From: Candidatus Bathyarchaeia archaeon
GTDB taxonomy: Archaea > Thermoproteota > Bathyarchaeia > Bathyarchaeales > Bathycorpusculaceae
Assembly: GCA_038882475.1 (NCBI GenBank)
Contig: JAVZOF010000002.1
Location: forward strand, 9,781-73,780
Length of the DNA stretch: 64,000 bases
Direction: 5' to 3'
Below the pieces are notes generated by a model. That model did no database searches, was not told the DNA's origin, and saw only the letters and a list, made by a program, of their open reading frames with translations. Position numbers and translations under genes: made by a program. Positions 1 through 9,675 of this stretch are shown here, one piece after another. Numbering within the stretch: position 1 is the stretch's first letter; each line of letters opens with the position of its first letter.

Positions 1-618
1 GATTTCAATGATTTTGCCATATTTTCCTATGTTTTTGCCACCAGTTATCAATGCAAAAATATTCTTCTTCATTTTAATGTGCTCGAGAATCTGTCTGTCT
101 GGAAGACTTAACTTGACTGTGTCAAATGCGCTGTAAACATCTTCTTGCGGATTTTTTGGGTCAGCTACCTTAATAAGCATGTTTGAGCCGTCGTGGAGGT
201 TAAGCTGTATACCACCATTCTTGACGGTTGTCTTGCTTTCTATCCTGCAAAGTTTAAAGGAAGCTTCCTCTTTGGTTATTGGATGAAGGGTTAAGCCTTT
301 ATGGGATGGCAATACTCGAAAATGTCTGTCTACTTCTGGAAGGGAAATAACATCCATAAGCCCTGTGGGAAACTTGTCTTCCCGTCTTGCTTTGCCATCA
401 ACATATACCTTTCCTTGAGAGGTTATTATTTTTGCCTCTTTCCTTGTCTTAGCAACATCAAGGATATCGCGCAAAATTATGGTTAATGGTAAACAGCTTT
501 CAAGAGAGTGAGGCCCCGGCGTCGGCTTAACAACCCATACAAACTCTTTTCTATGAATTGGCCATAATCTTGGAGCTGGTTTCCGCTTTAAAACTGTTGA
601 GCCTCCTTTTTTACCCAC
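1..618 (-). CDS. rps4e: 30S ribosomal protein S4e (runs off left edge)
   Basis: Manual translation from GTG 618: MGKKGGSTVLKRKPAPRLWPIHRKEFVWVVKPTPGPH, a typical eS4 N-terminus; follows rpl24 as in archaeal operons. Confidence 0.93.
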   Translation of the reverse strand, partial: MGKKGGSTVLKRKPAPRLWPIHRKEFVWVVKPTPGPHSLESCLPLTIILRDILDVAKTRKEAKIITSQGKVYVDGKARREDKFPTGLMDVISLPEVDRHFRVLPSHKGLTLHPITKEEASFKLCRIESKTTVKNGGIQLNLHDGSNMLIKVADPKNPQEDVYSAFDTVKLSLPDRQILEHIKMKKNIFALITGGKNIGKYGKIIEI

Positions 619-1207
619 TTTTGGATTCCTCCACTTTTTTCAGTTTTCTTGGCTTTTTTGGCTTTGTTTGTGTCTTTTTCTTTGGTTTTTCTTCAGCTTT
701 TTTCTTTTCTGGTTTTTTCGCCGTTCTCTTTTTTCTCTTTGGTTTTTCTTCGGCGGGTGGTGGCGGTAATTCTTCAACGGCAGCTTTTTCTTCAGCGGGT
801 TTTTCCATGGCTTTCTCGGTTAATTCTTCAGCTCTTTTCTTTCTTTCTAAGATTTTCTTCCGCCATTTATCGTCGAGATTGAGCTTTGTTATCATAACCT
901 TTGACGGATGGACGGGGACGAAGATAGTCGTGCCGTCAACTTTTTCCCTTGTTAAGCCTTCAACATAAATTCTATAACTTTCCCTGTCAACGCGTGAAAC
1001 CTTTCCTTCAAATCCTTTACGGTCACCTCGCATAACCCGTACAGTGTCTCCGCTTCTCACTGGAAGGCTTCTTGTTCCATAACTTTTCCTCAACTCGGGC
1101 GAGAGAAGGGCTGCAAAATGCTTGTAGCGTATGTGGTCTGGTGCTTGGAACAGCCTTTTCCTCTGTTTGGAAGGCTTCACTGTTCGAGCTGCTTGCATCC
1201 CATTCAC
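611..1207 (-). CDS. rpl24: 50S ribosomal protein L24 with Lys/Glu/Pro-rich C-terminal tail
   Basis: RSLPVRSGDTVRVMRGD KOW motif, VPVHPSKVMITKL; operon position. Confidence 0.95.
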   Translation of the reverse strand: MNGMQAARTVKPSKQRKRLFQAPDHIRYKHFAALLSPELRKSYGTRSLPVRSGDTVRVMRGDRKGFEGKVSRVDRESYRIYVEGLTREKVDGTTIFVPVHPSKVMITKLNLDDKWRKKILERKKRAEELTEKAMEKPAEEKAAVEELPPPPAEEKPKRKKRTAKKPEKKKAEEKPKKKTQTKPKKPRKLKKVEESKSG

Positions 1208-1211
1208 CTTT

Positions 1212-1652
1212 TTATATTATTATGCTGGCCGCGCTGGCAATTCTGGGCCATCTTTCAGCAGCCTCCCTTGCCACTGGACCGCGGATTTCCGAACCCTTCA
1301 TTTCCCCGTCGGGAGTTATTATTACGGCTGCGTTGTCTTCAAATTGAACCCAGACGCCGTCAGCTCTGCGGAAGGGCATTCGCTGTCTGACTATAACTGC
1401 TTGGAAGATTTTTCTCCGCATGTCTGGTGTTCCATGTCTAACTGAAACTGTTATGCGGTCGCCTACAGCAGCGGAGGGAACACGCCTTAGTCTTCCCTTA
1501 TAGCCCATAACCTGTACTAGGCGTAGTTCTCTAGCGCCTGTGTTATCGACACATCTTAGGATGGATCCTGCTGGCAGTCCCCTTGAGATTTTTGGTCTTT
1601 GACCGATTAAACCCTTTGCAACTAAGCCCCTTGCCTTTGCTTTTGCAGCCAT
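1212..1652 (-). CDS. rpl14: 50S ribosomal protein L14
   Basis: [22 protein letters not shown] motifs; start moved to MAAKAK. Confidence 0.96.
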   Translation of the reverse strand: MAAKAKARGLVAKGLIGQRPKISRGLPAGSILRCVDNTGARELRLVQVMGYKGRLRRVPSAAVGDRITVSVRHGTPDMRRKIFQAVIVRQRMPFRRADGVWVQFEDNAAVIITPDGEMKGSEIRGPVAREAAERWPRIASAASIII

Positions 1653-1653
1653 T

Positions 1654-1977
1654 TTACTTCTCCTCCTTCTTCTCCACAACAACAAAGGAAACTGTCTTGC
1701 TTATTGGTCGGCATTCGGCTATTGTGACATAGTCTCCTTCTTTTGCATCTATGCACGGTGGGTTGTGGGAAGGAATTCGGCTATGCCTCCTTTCATACCT
1801 CATAAACTTTGGAACATACCGCAAAAAGTCATGTCGCACTATAACTGTTTTATCCATTTTGGCACTAACAACTAAGCCTTCCAGCACTCGCCCTCTTATT
1901 GGAAGACTTCCATGGAAGGGACAATTCCGGTCATTGCATGTTTTTTTGGGTTTTTTAAACGCCAACGCCATTACCAT
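1654..1977 (-). CDS. rps17: 30S ribosomal protein S17
   Basis: [23 protein letters not shown]. Confidence 0.96.
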   Translation of the reverse strand: MVMALAFKKPKKTCNDRNCPFHGSLPIRGRVLEGLVVSAKMDKTVIVRHDFLRYVPKFMRYERRHSRIPSHNPPCIDAKEGDYVTIAECRPISKTVSFVVVEKKEEK

Positions 1978-2252
1978 AACCTCTTAACGCGTTTTTTCAG
2001 GCGGTCTTCAGGTCTTCCAACAAGAAGTTTACCGTCAATCTCCACAACAGTTCCGTCGGAAAATTTGAAATGAAAAATAGATGAATCTTTCACAATCATT
2101 TTCCTCTTCCCATTATGAAGAATAGTAAAAGTATTCCGCGTTTCATCGATTACTTTGCCGTGTATTCCTACACAATTGTGGTTCGTGCTTTCAGCAACTT
2201 TAGCCTCTGTTCCGATAAGCTCATAGCGTATTATGTCAGGGGTTACTTTCAT
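1971..2252 (-). CDS. rnp1: Ribonuclease P protein component 1 (Rpp29)
   Basis: ELIG...GKVIDETRNT...GRPEDRLK; canonical position between rpl29 and rps17. Confidence 0.93.
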   Translation of the reverse strand: MKVTPDIIRYELIGTEAKVAESTNHNCVGIHGKVIDETRNTFTILHNGKRKMIVKDSSIFHFKFSDGTVVEIDGKLLVGRPEDRLKKRVKRLW

Positions 2253-2485
2253 TTGCCTTTCTCTCCCTTTTTACTTGCTTTTGTTTCGAGTTTTTGCGCC
2301 CTTTCCACCGTTAGTATTCTGGCGATTGCCCTACGCAGTTCCTTTATTCTCGCAGGGTTTTCCACTGTGCCGCCAGCCTTCACCATGGTTTTTAGTCTAA
2401 CAAGTTCTGTTTTAAACTCGGTAAGTTTCTTATTTCGTTCTTCAGGAGACATTTCCCGTATTTCTTTAACTCTTATTAGGGGCAT
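2249..2485 (-). CDS. rpl29: 50S ribosomal protein L29
   Basis: ENPARIKELRRAIARILT. Confidence 0.95.
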   Translation of the reverse strand: MPLIRVKEIREMSPEERNKKLTEFKTELVRLKTMVKAGGTVENPARIKELRRAIARILTVERAQKLETKASKKGEKGK

Positions 2486-2488
2486 CTA

Positions 2489-3172
2489 CTATACCGCTCC
2501 CTCTTCTTCGCTTGCTTCTTCAACTTCTTCTTCGGTTTCCTCAGACTTGGTTTCATCCAATGTTTCCTCTAGTGGAGGAACTTCAACTATTTCGATTTTA
2601 TCTGGAAACTTTGCATCTGGAGGCATTATCCTAACCTTAATACCGTATATACCTGGCTTTAGCTGCACATGCACCTCCGCTTTCCTCATATACTTCAAGG
2701 CTGGGTCGCCGCATTTTGGTAAATATCCGCTCCTAAACTTCTCATATCTGGCTCTTTCAGTTCTAAGCTTTCCACTTATGATTATTTCTGCGCCTAAGGC
2801 TCCAGCTTCCATCACCTGGTTTAAAGCCCAGAAACCTGCACGTCTGAAGTGGACGCCCCTCTGGAGGGCGGAAGCTATCCGTGTGGCGACAATATAGGGA
2901 TTTAACTCTGGAACTTCAATTTCGGAGACTGAAATTTGTGGGTTTGAAACATTGAATTTTTCTTCTAAAATTTTTGCTAGCTCCCTTATTGTTTCGCCAC
3001 TTCTGCCTATCACAAGTCCCGGACGCATGGCGTAAATCACTATGTGGGTTCCAAGCGGGGTTTCTGAAATGTTCACCCCGCCGTACCCAGCCCTTTCTAG
3101 CTTTCTTTGCAAGAACTCATCGATTTCAGCTCTTTTCCTAGACTTTGATATGAAATGTTTCACAACGGCCAT
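2489..3172 (-). CDS. rps3: 30S ribosomal protein S3
   Basis: KH domain RPGLVIGRSG, GAEIIISGKL, GIYGIKVRIM; acidic tail. Confidence 0.96.
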   Translation of the reverse strand: MAVVKHFISKSRKRAEIDEFLQRKLERAGYGGVNISETPLGTHIVIYAMRPGLVIGRSGETIRELAKILEEKFNVSNPQISVSEIEVPELNPYIVATRIASALQRGVHFRRAGFWALNQVMEAGALGAEIIISGKLRTERARYEKFRSGYLPKCGDPALKYMRKAEVHVQLKPGIYGIKVRIMPPDAKFPDKIEIVEVPPLEETLDETKSEETEEEVEEASEEEGAV

Positions 3173-3663
3173 TAGGCTTCCTCCGTTACCGCTTCTGGCT
3201 GTTCTTCTAGGGCAAGTTCAATGTGACAGAGGGTTTCAAATTTCGGTGTAGCTCTTCCATGGGCTCGTGGCATATATCTTCTAATTTTCATTCCAGGATA
3301 AGCTGACGCGTGGATTATTTTCAGCCTCTCAGTGTCCAAGCCCTTATTTTCTGCGTTGGCTTCTGCTCCCTCAAGAATTTTTAGAACTTGCTTTGCCACT
3401 TTGACTGGATATCTGCCCGCATACGCCTTTTCCAGTCCGTGGCGGTGCCCAGCTTTCTTTTTAAACCTAGTAAAGGGAACAGCCTTCTTTTTGGCTATAA
3501 CGTCTCTTAAAAACCGTTTCGCTTGAATAAGCGTCATCCCTTTAATTGTTTTGCAGACTTCGCGGGCGGATTTATGGGATACCCTAACCTCTCGCCCGCT
3601 TGCCTTAACGGTTTTTTCCGGGTCTAACGCTTCTTCGGGTATGGAGTATCCCCATTTTGGCAC
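3172..3663 (-). CDS. rpl22: 50S ribosomal protein L22
   Basis: GRYPVK, PRAHGRATP, HIELAL. Confidence 0.96.
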   Translation of the reverse strand: MPKWGYSIPEEALDPEKTVKASGREVRVSHKSAREVCKTIKGMTLIQAKRFLRDVIAKKKAVPFTRFKKKAGHRHGLEKAYAGRYPVKVAKQVLKILEGAEANAENKGLDTERLKIIHASAYPGMKIRRYMPRAHGRATPKFETLCHIELALEEQPEAVTEEA

Positions 3664-3920
3664 TTAATAGACTCTCCAACTGTGCAATTGAACAGCTACA
3701 TGGCGATTTATATGGTTTTCCATTAGTTAAAGTTGTTTTAGGCTGTTTAAAAGCATCAAAGAATACTATAAACTCCATTGTAACCCAAAAGTTAGCATGT
3801 TCTTGCAGAAAAATAGAGGGGGAGAGATCTTATTGGCTTAATTTCACACCAAAAAATGTTGCGATTTGTTTATGTTTAACCATCACGTTAGTATCCAAAG
3901 TTAAAAGGGTGATTAAGGGA

Positions 3921-4988
3921 TTGAACGCCAACAAGGGTAACATAACCATGTTACATGGCGCTGGCGGAACAGTCATGCATGACCTTGTTAAAAAGTATAT
4001 CGTGAAATATTTTGGCGGCATAGGTAAGGCTGACGTTCCACTGGAGGCTTTGGATGATGCAGCAGTTGTCGGCGACATAGTGTTGAAAAGTGACTCCCAC
4101 GCTGTTAAGCCCATATTTTTCCCAGGCGGAGATATTGGACGTTTGGCGGTTTCAGGTACGGTTAATGACATTGCGGTTTTGGGAGCTGAGCCTTACGCCT
4201 TAACATGTGGCTTAGTTTTAGAGGAGGGACTAGCCATATCGGATTTTGAAAAAATTTTGGCGAGTATGAGGCAGACATGTCAAGAAGCGGGAGTTGGCAT
4301 AGTTACAGGCGACACTAAAGTTGTGGAAAAAGGCAGCCTAGGCGGCTGTGTGATAAATGTGTCGGGAGTTGGAAGAAGAACTGAAGCCTTAGATGAAAAC
4401 TTGAAGATTGTGAAACAGTTTAGAAAAGACTTTAAAGCACGGTGGATTTTGGACTCGAACCTTAAACCCGGAGACAAAATAATACTGTCGGGCACCATTG
4501 GCGACCATGGATTGGCAGTTTTATCGGCCCAAGAAGGATTAAGTTTTGGAAGCAGCATAAAATCTGATGTTAAACCATTAAACCGCTTAATTCAACGTTT
4601 GCTCGGTGAAGCGGGCGGCATAACAGCAATGAAAGACCCTACACGAGGCGGTTTGGCAGACGCCCTTAACGAGTTCAGCGAAAAATCCCACGTGGGCATA
4701 CTGGTTTACGAGGATAAAATTCCCATAAGAAAAGATGTGAAAGCGGCATGTGAAATGCTCGGTTTAGACCCGCTTGAAGTTGGAAACGAAGGAAAAATAG
4801 TCATAGGCGTTGTAAAAGAAAAAGCTGAAGAAGTTTTAAAGCTTCTGAAAACCGCTGAGGAAGGGAAGGAAGCGGAAATCATAGGCGAAGCAACAAATAC
4901 CTTTGGCGGAGTAGCTATGCAAACAGTTGTCGGCGGGAAAAGGATAATCCCGCGGCCCGTTGGAGACCCTGTTCCGAGGATTTGTTAA
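3921..4988 (+). CDS. hypE: Hydrogenase maturation protein HypE
   Basis: HGAGG, DIGRLAVSGTVND, GDTKVV, DPTRGG, C-terminal PRIC; start set at TTG 3921 after a purine-rich RBS. Confidence 0.95.
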   Translation: MNANKGNITMLHGAGGTVMHDLVKKYIVKYFGGIGKADVPLEALDDAAVVGDIVLKSDSHAVKPIFFPGGDIGRLAVSGTVNDIAVLGAEPYALTCGLVLEEGLAISDFEKILASMRQTCQEAGVGIVTGDTKVVEKGSLGGCVINVSGVGRRTEALDENLKIVKQFRKDFKARWILDSNLKPGDKIILSGTIGDHGLAVLSAQEGLSFGSSIKSDVKPLNRLIQRLLGEAGGITAMKDPTRGGLADALNEFSEKSHVGILVYEDKIPIRKDVKAACEMLGLDPLEVGNEGKIVIGVVKEKAEEVLKLLKTAEEGKEAEIIGEATNTFGGVAMQTVVGGKRIIPRPVGDPVPRIC

Positions 4989-4990
4989 GG

Positions 4991-5200
4991 CTATTTGGGT
5001 TTTCTCCACAAGTCTGAAACTCTTCCAGCCTTAACAAGCTTCCATTTGCCGAAAAAATCTTTCTTATAAAAATGGTACAAGCCGCAGCGGGTGCACTGCA
5101 TAACCCGCCTATTCTTTTCAAAATCCATTTCATACAAAACCAATGGCGAACCGCAGTCAACGCATTTACCAGTGTATGCCCTGTTACTATCACTGCTCAT
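4991..5200 (-). CDS. Small zinc-ribbon protein
   Basis: CVDC...CTRC pairs; GGAGG RBS upstream. Confidence 0.7.
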   Translation of the reverse strand: MSSDSNRAYTGKCVDCGSPLVLYEMDFEKNRRVMQCTRCGLYHFYKKDFFGKWKLVKAGRVSDLWRKPK

Positions 5201-5283
5201 CTATGCGAGCCTCCATATTAATTTATTTTCTCAACGTTTAAGCTTAACCAGCAGGATTAAAGAAAAATGGGGCTTAGTTTTAA

Positions 5284-5913
5284 TTATTGTGGCGGTTGCG
5301 GTGGAGGCGGTGGCGCAGGTTGAACAGGCATAGGTTGCACTGGTGCTGCTTTAATGGAGAAAAATCCAACTGCGACAAGTATCCAAGAAATCCAAACTAC
5401 TATAAAGCCTATCAAAATTATTGAGAGCACCGCGCCGATAAGCCAAAGTAAGCCCGCAGTTCCAAAAATTTTCTCGCCAGACTTCTCAGATAGACTATTC
5501 AAAGATTTTCTTATCAATACTGCTGAAATAACCATAAAGATGAAGAACACAACCCAAGCTGCGATGGCACCTGCGGCAAGAGACCATAGGGCGTTTAGAT
5601 TACTCATGAAGTATTGTTGAACAGCCATAGGGTTGGTCCAGTCTATGGAAGCCAACGTTTGCAGAACCAGCATTATAAATATTGCCACAGTTACCACTGC
5701 GCCAATAATTACTGCGATAAACCCGTATAGGGCGTTATTGAAGATGCCCCCTTCTTGATAGTGGTCTGCAAACCCCTTTAAAGCGATTAAAACTAGGATT
5801 GCACCAACAAGCACCAGAAATCCCACGTATGCCGACCCAAATAGCCCGAGAAAACCAATAACCATTAGTATTGCGCCTATGCCACCTAATGTCTTATTTG
5901 ACTCCAGACTCAT
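5284..5913 (-). CDS. DUF996-like membrane protein with Pro-rich tail
   Basis: MSLESNKTLGGIGAIL start, several TM helices, GAVLSIILIG...AVGFFSI. Confidence 0.8.
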   Translation of the reverse strand: MSLESNKTLGGIGAILMVIGFLGLFGSAYVGFLVLVGAILVLIALKGFADHYQEGGIFNNALYGFIAVIIGAVVTVAIFIMLVLQTLASIDWTNPMAVQQYFMSNLNALWSLAAGAIAAWVVFFIFMVISAVLIRKSLNSLSEKSGEKIFGTAGLLWLIGAVLSIILIGFIVVWISWILVAVGFFSIKAAPVQPMPVQPAPPPPPQPPQ

Positions 5914-5966
5914 TCCATTAACCTCGCTGAAAGCGATTTCTATCATTCTTTAAATAAAAGCTTTGT

Positions 5967-7046
5967 CTATTTGGCTTCTTTTGCCCAGATTCGGCATGTT
6001 CCCTCTATGCTGACCATGCATGCGCCTTTTGGCCTTTGCGGAGTGCAAGTCTTCATAAACAGCGGACAATCCATTGGCTTAATTTTCCCAATCATGACAA
6101 GGTGGCATTGACATCCGGGCAACAAGTCTCTTCCACGTTTAACGTGCACACCAAATTTTTCCCGCGCATCAAAGCTGACATATTGCGTTTTAAGCTTGAA
6201 CGCTGAGGATGGCAGTCTTCCCAAACCTCGCCATTCCCCGTCCACAACTTCAAACGCTTGCTGCATTACCTCTTGAGCTTTAATGTTTCCGTTCCAGCTT
6301 ACAGCTCGAATATACTCGTTTTCCAGTCGGGCAACGCCTTCTTTAAGCTGTTTCACAATCATGTAAACAGCGAATAGGACATCCAAAGGCTCAAAACCAG
6401 CCACCACTGTGGGCATGCGGTAAGCTTTTGGAAAAATCTCGTAGACTTTTAAACCTATAACTGTGCTTACATGTCCCGGCGCGATAAAACCGTCTATATG
6501 CAAGTCGCCTATCCCAAGCAGAAGTTCCATGGCTGGGGGTATAAGCCTATGCGAAACAAGAAAGCTTAGGTTTCTCGGCGGTTTTTTCAAAACTTCTATG
6601 GCTGTTGAAGGCGCAGTGGTTTCAAAGCCTATGGCGAAGAAGGCAAATTCCTTATTCGGCTCTTTTTCAGCCATTTTAACAGCGTCTGAAACACTATAGA
6701 CGACTCTAATGTCGGCGCCTTCAGCCTTAGCGTCTAAAAGTGACTTTTCTGAACTTGGAACGCGGAGAACATCTCCAAAACACGTGACCACTACGCCTTT
6801 GTTGGCTAGCTGAACAGCTTCATCTATCTCCGAAGCAGGTGTTACACAGACAGGACAGCCTGGTCCCGCTATAACTTCAACATTGGATGGCAATAAGCTT
6901 CGGAGACCGAAATGGGTTATTGTCCACTCGTGGGTGCCGCACACATGACAGATTTTGACAACATCGCTTTTCGGAGCAATTTCACGGATTTTCTCAGCTA
7001 TGCGTTTAGCCAATTCTGGGTCTCTAAACTTTAAGTGTTCAAACAT
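5967..7046 (-). CDS. hypD: Hydrogenase maturation protein HypD
   Basis: CGTH, GPGCPVC, GFETT, PGHVS, GACMVS motifs. Confidence 0.97.
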   Translation of the reverse strand: MFEHLKFRDPELAKRIAEKIREIAPKSDVVKICHVCGTHEWTITHFGLRSLLPSNVEVIAGPGCPVCVTPASEIDEAVQLANKGVVVTCFGDVLRVPSSEKSLLDAKAEGADIRVVYSVSDAVKMAEKEPNKEFAFFAIGFETTAPSTAIEVLKKPPRNLSFLVSHRLIPPAMELLLGIGDLHIDGFIAPGHVSTVIGLKVYEIFPKAYRMPTVVAGFEPLDVLFAVYMIVKQLKEGVARLENEYIRAVSWNGNIKAQEVMQQAFEVVDGEWRGLGRLPSSAFKLKTQYVSFDAREKFGVHVKRGRDLLPGCQCHLVMIGKIKPMDCPLFMKTCTPQRPKGACMVSIEGTCRIWAKEAK

Positions 7047-7070
7047 TTTGGCCCAACAGCATATTTCATG

Positions 7071-7307
7071 TTATTTCGTTTTCAGTTGACCTTCAGCCTC
7101 TAAGATTTCGCTCCACAAACGCAGAGTTTCCTCAGCCTCTTCTCTGCTTAAGACTTGGATGGCGTAACCAGCATGAACCAAAACGTAATCGCCAACCTCA
7201 ACATTAACAAGAGTTACGTCAACTTCTCTTAGTACGCCTTCTCCGAAATCAACTTGGGCTTTGCCATCATGAACTTTCATGACTTTTGCCGGAATAGCTA
7301 AGCACAT
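7071..7307 (-). CDS. hypC: Hydrogenase chaperone HypC
   Basis: MCLAIP N-terminus, GDYVLVHAGYAI. Confidence 0.97.
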   Translation of the reverse strand: MCLAIPAKVMKVHDGKAQVDFGEGVLREVDVTLVNVEVGDYVLVHAGYAIQVLSREEAEETLRLWSEILEAEGQLKTK

Positions 7308-7353
7308 CCTTATCATTCGATAGAAGAACATGCAACAATAAATCGGTTATGGT

Positions 7354-9639
7354 TCAAGACTGGAATAATCCTCCAAAAACTGCTTGTCCAAAGGATACAC
7401 CACCGTCGCCTGGTGGAACAACCTCGTGGACGAGAAAACGTAAACCAGCAGCCTCAACAATTTCTCGCATAACCCTAGCGAATATTTCATTACTGGCAAC
7501 ACCTCCGGAAAAGCCCACCACTTTTACATTGTTTTCTAAAGCTTTTTCAATAGCTAACGTTGCAAAACCCTCGGCGAGATAAACATGCGCAGAGAAAGCC
7601 AAATCAGCTACTCTATGCTTTTCTCTGTTTTCAAATATTTGCAAAACCATTTCCGTAGTGTTTAAAATGTCACCCTCAATTATTGGGCTCAATTTCAGAA
7701 CATCTTTGCCTTCCAACGCAACGGATTCCAATTTCATGGCTGGCTCGCCTTCATATGTGCGTTCATAACACACGCCTAAAACAGCAGCCACAGCGTCCAA
7801 AACTCTCCCACAACTTGACGTTTCAAGGCTTCGCCCTCTATTCAATTGTTGGAGTATAAGCCGAACTTCATTTTCGCCGTGCGGAAAATGCTGCTTGTTC
7901 TGCATAAGCCAATCTTCTACAGGCACTTTTTTATAAAGGATCCCAGCAGCCATTCTCAGCGGATAAATCGCAGCCAAGTCCCCGCCTATTAGAGGTTGCT
8001 TCTCGAGATGGGCAACCCGTTTAAATTCCAAGGAGTTTCTTGAGCCCAGTATTATTTCTCCACCCCATGCCTCGCCATTGACGCCGTAGCCATAGCCGTC
8101 GCAGCAAACGCCAACCATTTCAGCGACATTGTGTTCAGCCATCAATGCCGCAACATGAGCAAAATGATGTTGTACTTGAACTAGTTGCCAACGGTTTTGC
8201 TCTGCCAAGTCATACGCAAGCCTTGTTGTTGTAAATTTCGGATGCAAATCACATGCAACCGCGTCGACTTTACTGTTTGTCAAGTGAATTAAGTGTTTAG
8301 CTGCGTTTTCAAGAAAATCCTGAGTTTCAACGTTTTCAATGTCTCCTATGTGCTGGGATATGAAGGCTTTGTTGCCAAGTAAAATGCACGCAGTGTTATT
8401 CAGTTCGCCGCCCAAGGCTAAAACGCATTTTCCGGCTTTTTCCTTTAAAATTATAGGCGCTGGAGCATAACCCCTTGAACGCCTAATAAAAACTTGTTTT
8501 TCACCATGCAAACGCATGACCGAGTCATCGCACCGGTGGGCAATTCGCCTATTATGGAAAAGAAAATAGTCAACGATGTTGCCGAGAGTTTTTAGGGCTT
8601 CGTCGTCGTCCTTGACGATGGGCTGATTAGGCGGATTAGCACTGGTCATTACAAAGGCTGGTTCGTCAACGCTGTCAAACAACATGTAATGTAACCCCGT
8701 ATAGGGAAGCATGACGCCAACGTTGTGCAAATCCGGAGCCACCAAATCTGAAAGGTAATAGCTGGCGCTTTTTTTCAGAAGCACTATGGGGCGCGTGTGA
8801 GAGGCTAAAAGCTCAGCCTCTTTGGGGCTTACTTCCGCGAAGGATTTTATAGCTTCCAAGTTCCGCGCCATAATGGCAAACGGTTTTTGCCTCCTATGCT
8901 TTACTTGCCTAAGCCTTACTAGAGGCTCATCCCTAGTGGTGGCGGCAGCTACGTGAAAACCTCCGTATCCTTTAATAGCTACAATAAAGCCCTCTGCGAT
9001 AAGTTTACCAGTTTCCCGTATCGGGTCTTCGCCTGGGATTAATTCACCCTTACATGTTGTTAAATACACTTTAGGACCACATTTTGGACAAGCCACTGTT
9101 TGGGCGTGAAAACGCCTGTTTAAAGGGTCTGTATACTCGCTTTGGCAGAAACTACACATGGGAAAATCCTGCATGGTGGTGTTTTCACGGTCGTACGGAA
9201 GCCTTTCAATAACCGTGTATCTTGGACCACAATCCGTGCAAGTTATAAAAAAATAGTCATATCTTGGGTTATCCTCGTCTCTCAGCTCCTTTAGACACTC
9301 GTCGCATATGGCTATGTCAGGCGGAATGACAGACCCAGAAAGCTCGGCTTTCTTAGAGCTTTCATAAATCTTAAAATCTGTGTATTCGTTTTCTCCGCCA
9401 AGTTCTGTTGTGATAACTTCATGAATTTGCGCCAAAGGCGGCTTTTTCTCTTTTAAATCTTTCAAGAAAGTGTTTACGGTTTTTTCCGTGCCTTCTAGAA
9501 GGATTTCTACGCCAGCATCGCCCATGTTCCTAACATAGCCCTTTAAGCCGTTTTTTACAGCTATTCGATAAATGAAGGGGCGAAACCCCACACCTTGAAT
9601 TATGCCCGTAACCCTAACTTTTACCCGCACTATGCCCAT
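7354..9639 (-). CDS. hypF: Carbamoyltransferase HypF
   Basis: Acylphosphatase GIIQGVGFRPF, two CxxC zinc fingers, DLHP, QHHFAH, GDGGVSFGQ. Confidence 0.97.
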   Translation of the reverse strand: MGIVRVKVRVTGIIQGVGFRPFIYRIAVKNGLKGYVRNMGDAGVEILLEGTEKTVNTFLKDLKEKKPPLAQIHEVITTELGGENEYTDFKIYESSKKAELSGSVIPPDIAICDECLKELRDEDNPRYDYFFITCTDCGPRYTVIERLPYDRENTTMQDFPMCSFCQSEYTDPLNRRFHAQTVACPKCGPKVYLTTCKGELIPGEDPIRETGKLIAEGFIVAIKGYGGFHVAAATTRDEPLVRLRQVKHRRQKPFAIMARNLEAIKSFAEVSPKEAELLASHTRPIVLLKKSASYYLSDLVAPDLHNVGVMLPYTGLHYMLFDSVDEPAFVMTSANPPNQPIVKDDDEALKTLGNIVDYFLFHNRRIAHRCDDSVMRLHGEKQVFIRRSRGYAPAPIILKEKAGKCVLALGGELNNTACILLGNKAFISQHIGDIENVETQDFLENAAKHLIHLTNSKVDAVACDLHPKFTTTRLAYDLAEQNRWQLVQVQHHFAHVAALMAEHNVAEMVGVCCDGYGYGVNGEAWGGEIILGSRNSLEFKRVAHLEKQPLIGGDLAAIYPLRMAAGILYKKVPVEDWLMQNKQHFPHGENEVRLILQQLNRGRSLETSSCGRVLDAVAAVLGVCYERTYEGEPAMKLESVALEGKDVLKLSPIIEGDILNTTEMVLQIFENREKHRVADLAFSAHVYLAEGFATLAIEKALENNVKVVGFSGGVASNEIFARVMREIVEAAGLRFLVHEVVPPGDGGVSFGQAVFGGLFQS

Positions 9640-9675
9640 CTCGTTGAGTTTTAAACATAATTGAAGTGGTAAATT

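Noticed and set aside
558-968. Phe-rich 136-aa ORF that looks like a membrane protein
   Set aside because: Antisense shadow of the Lys/Glu-rich rpl24 tail
3657-3920. 88-aa N-terminal extension of HypE in the ORF track
   Set aside because: Not HypE-like; spans the divergent promoter region; a better start with an RBS exists at 3921
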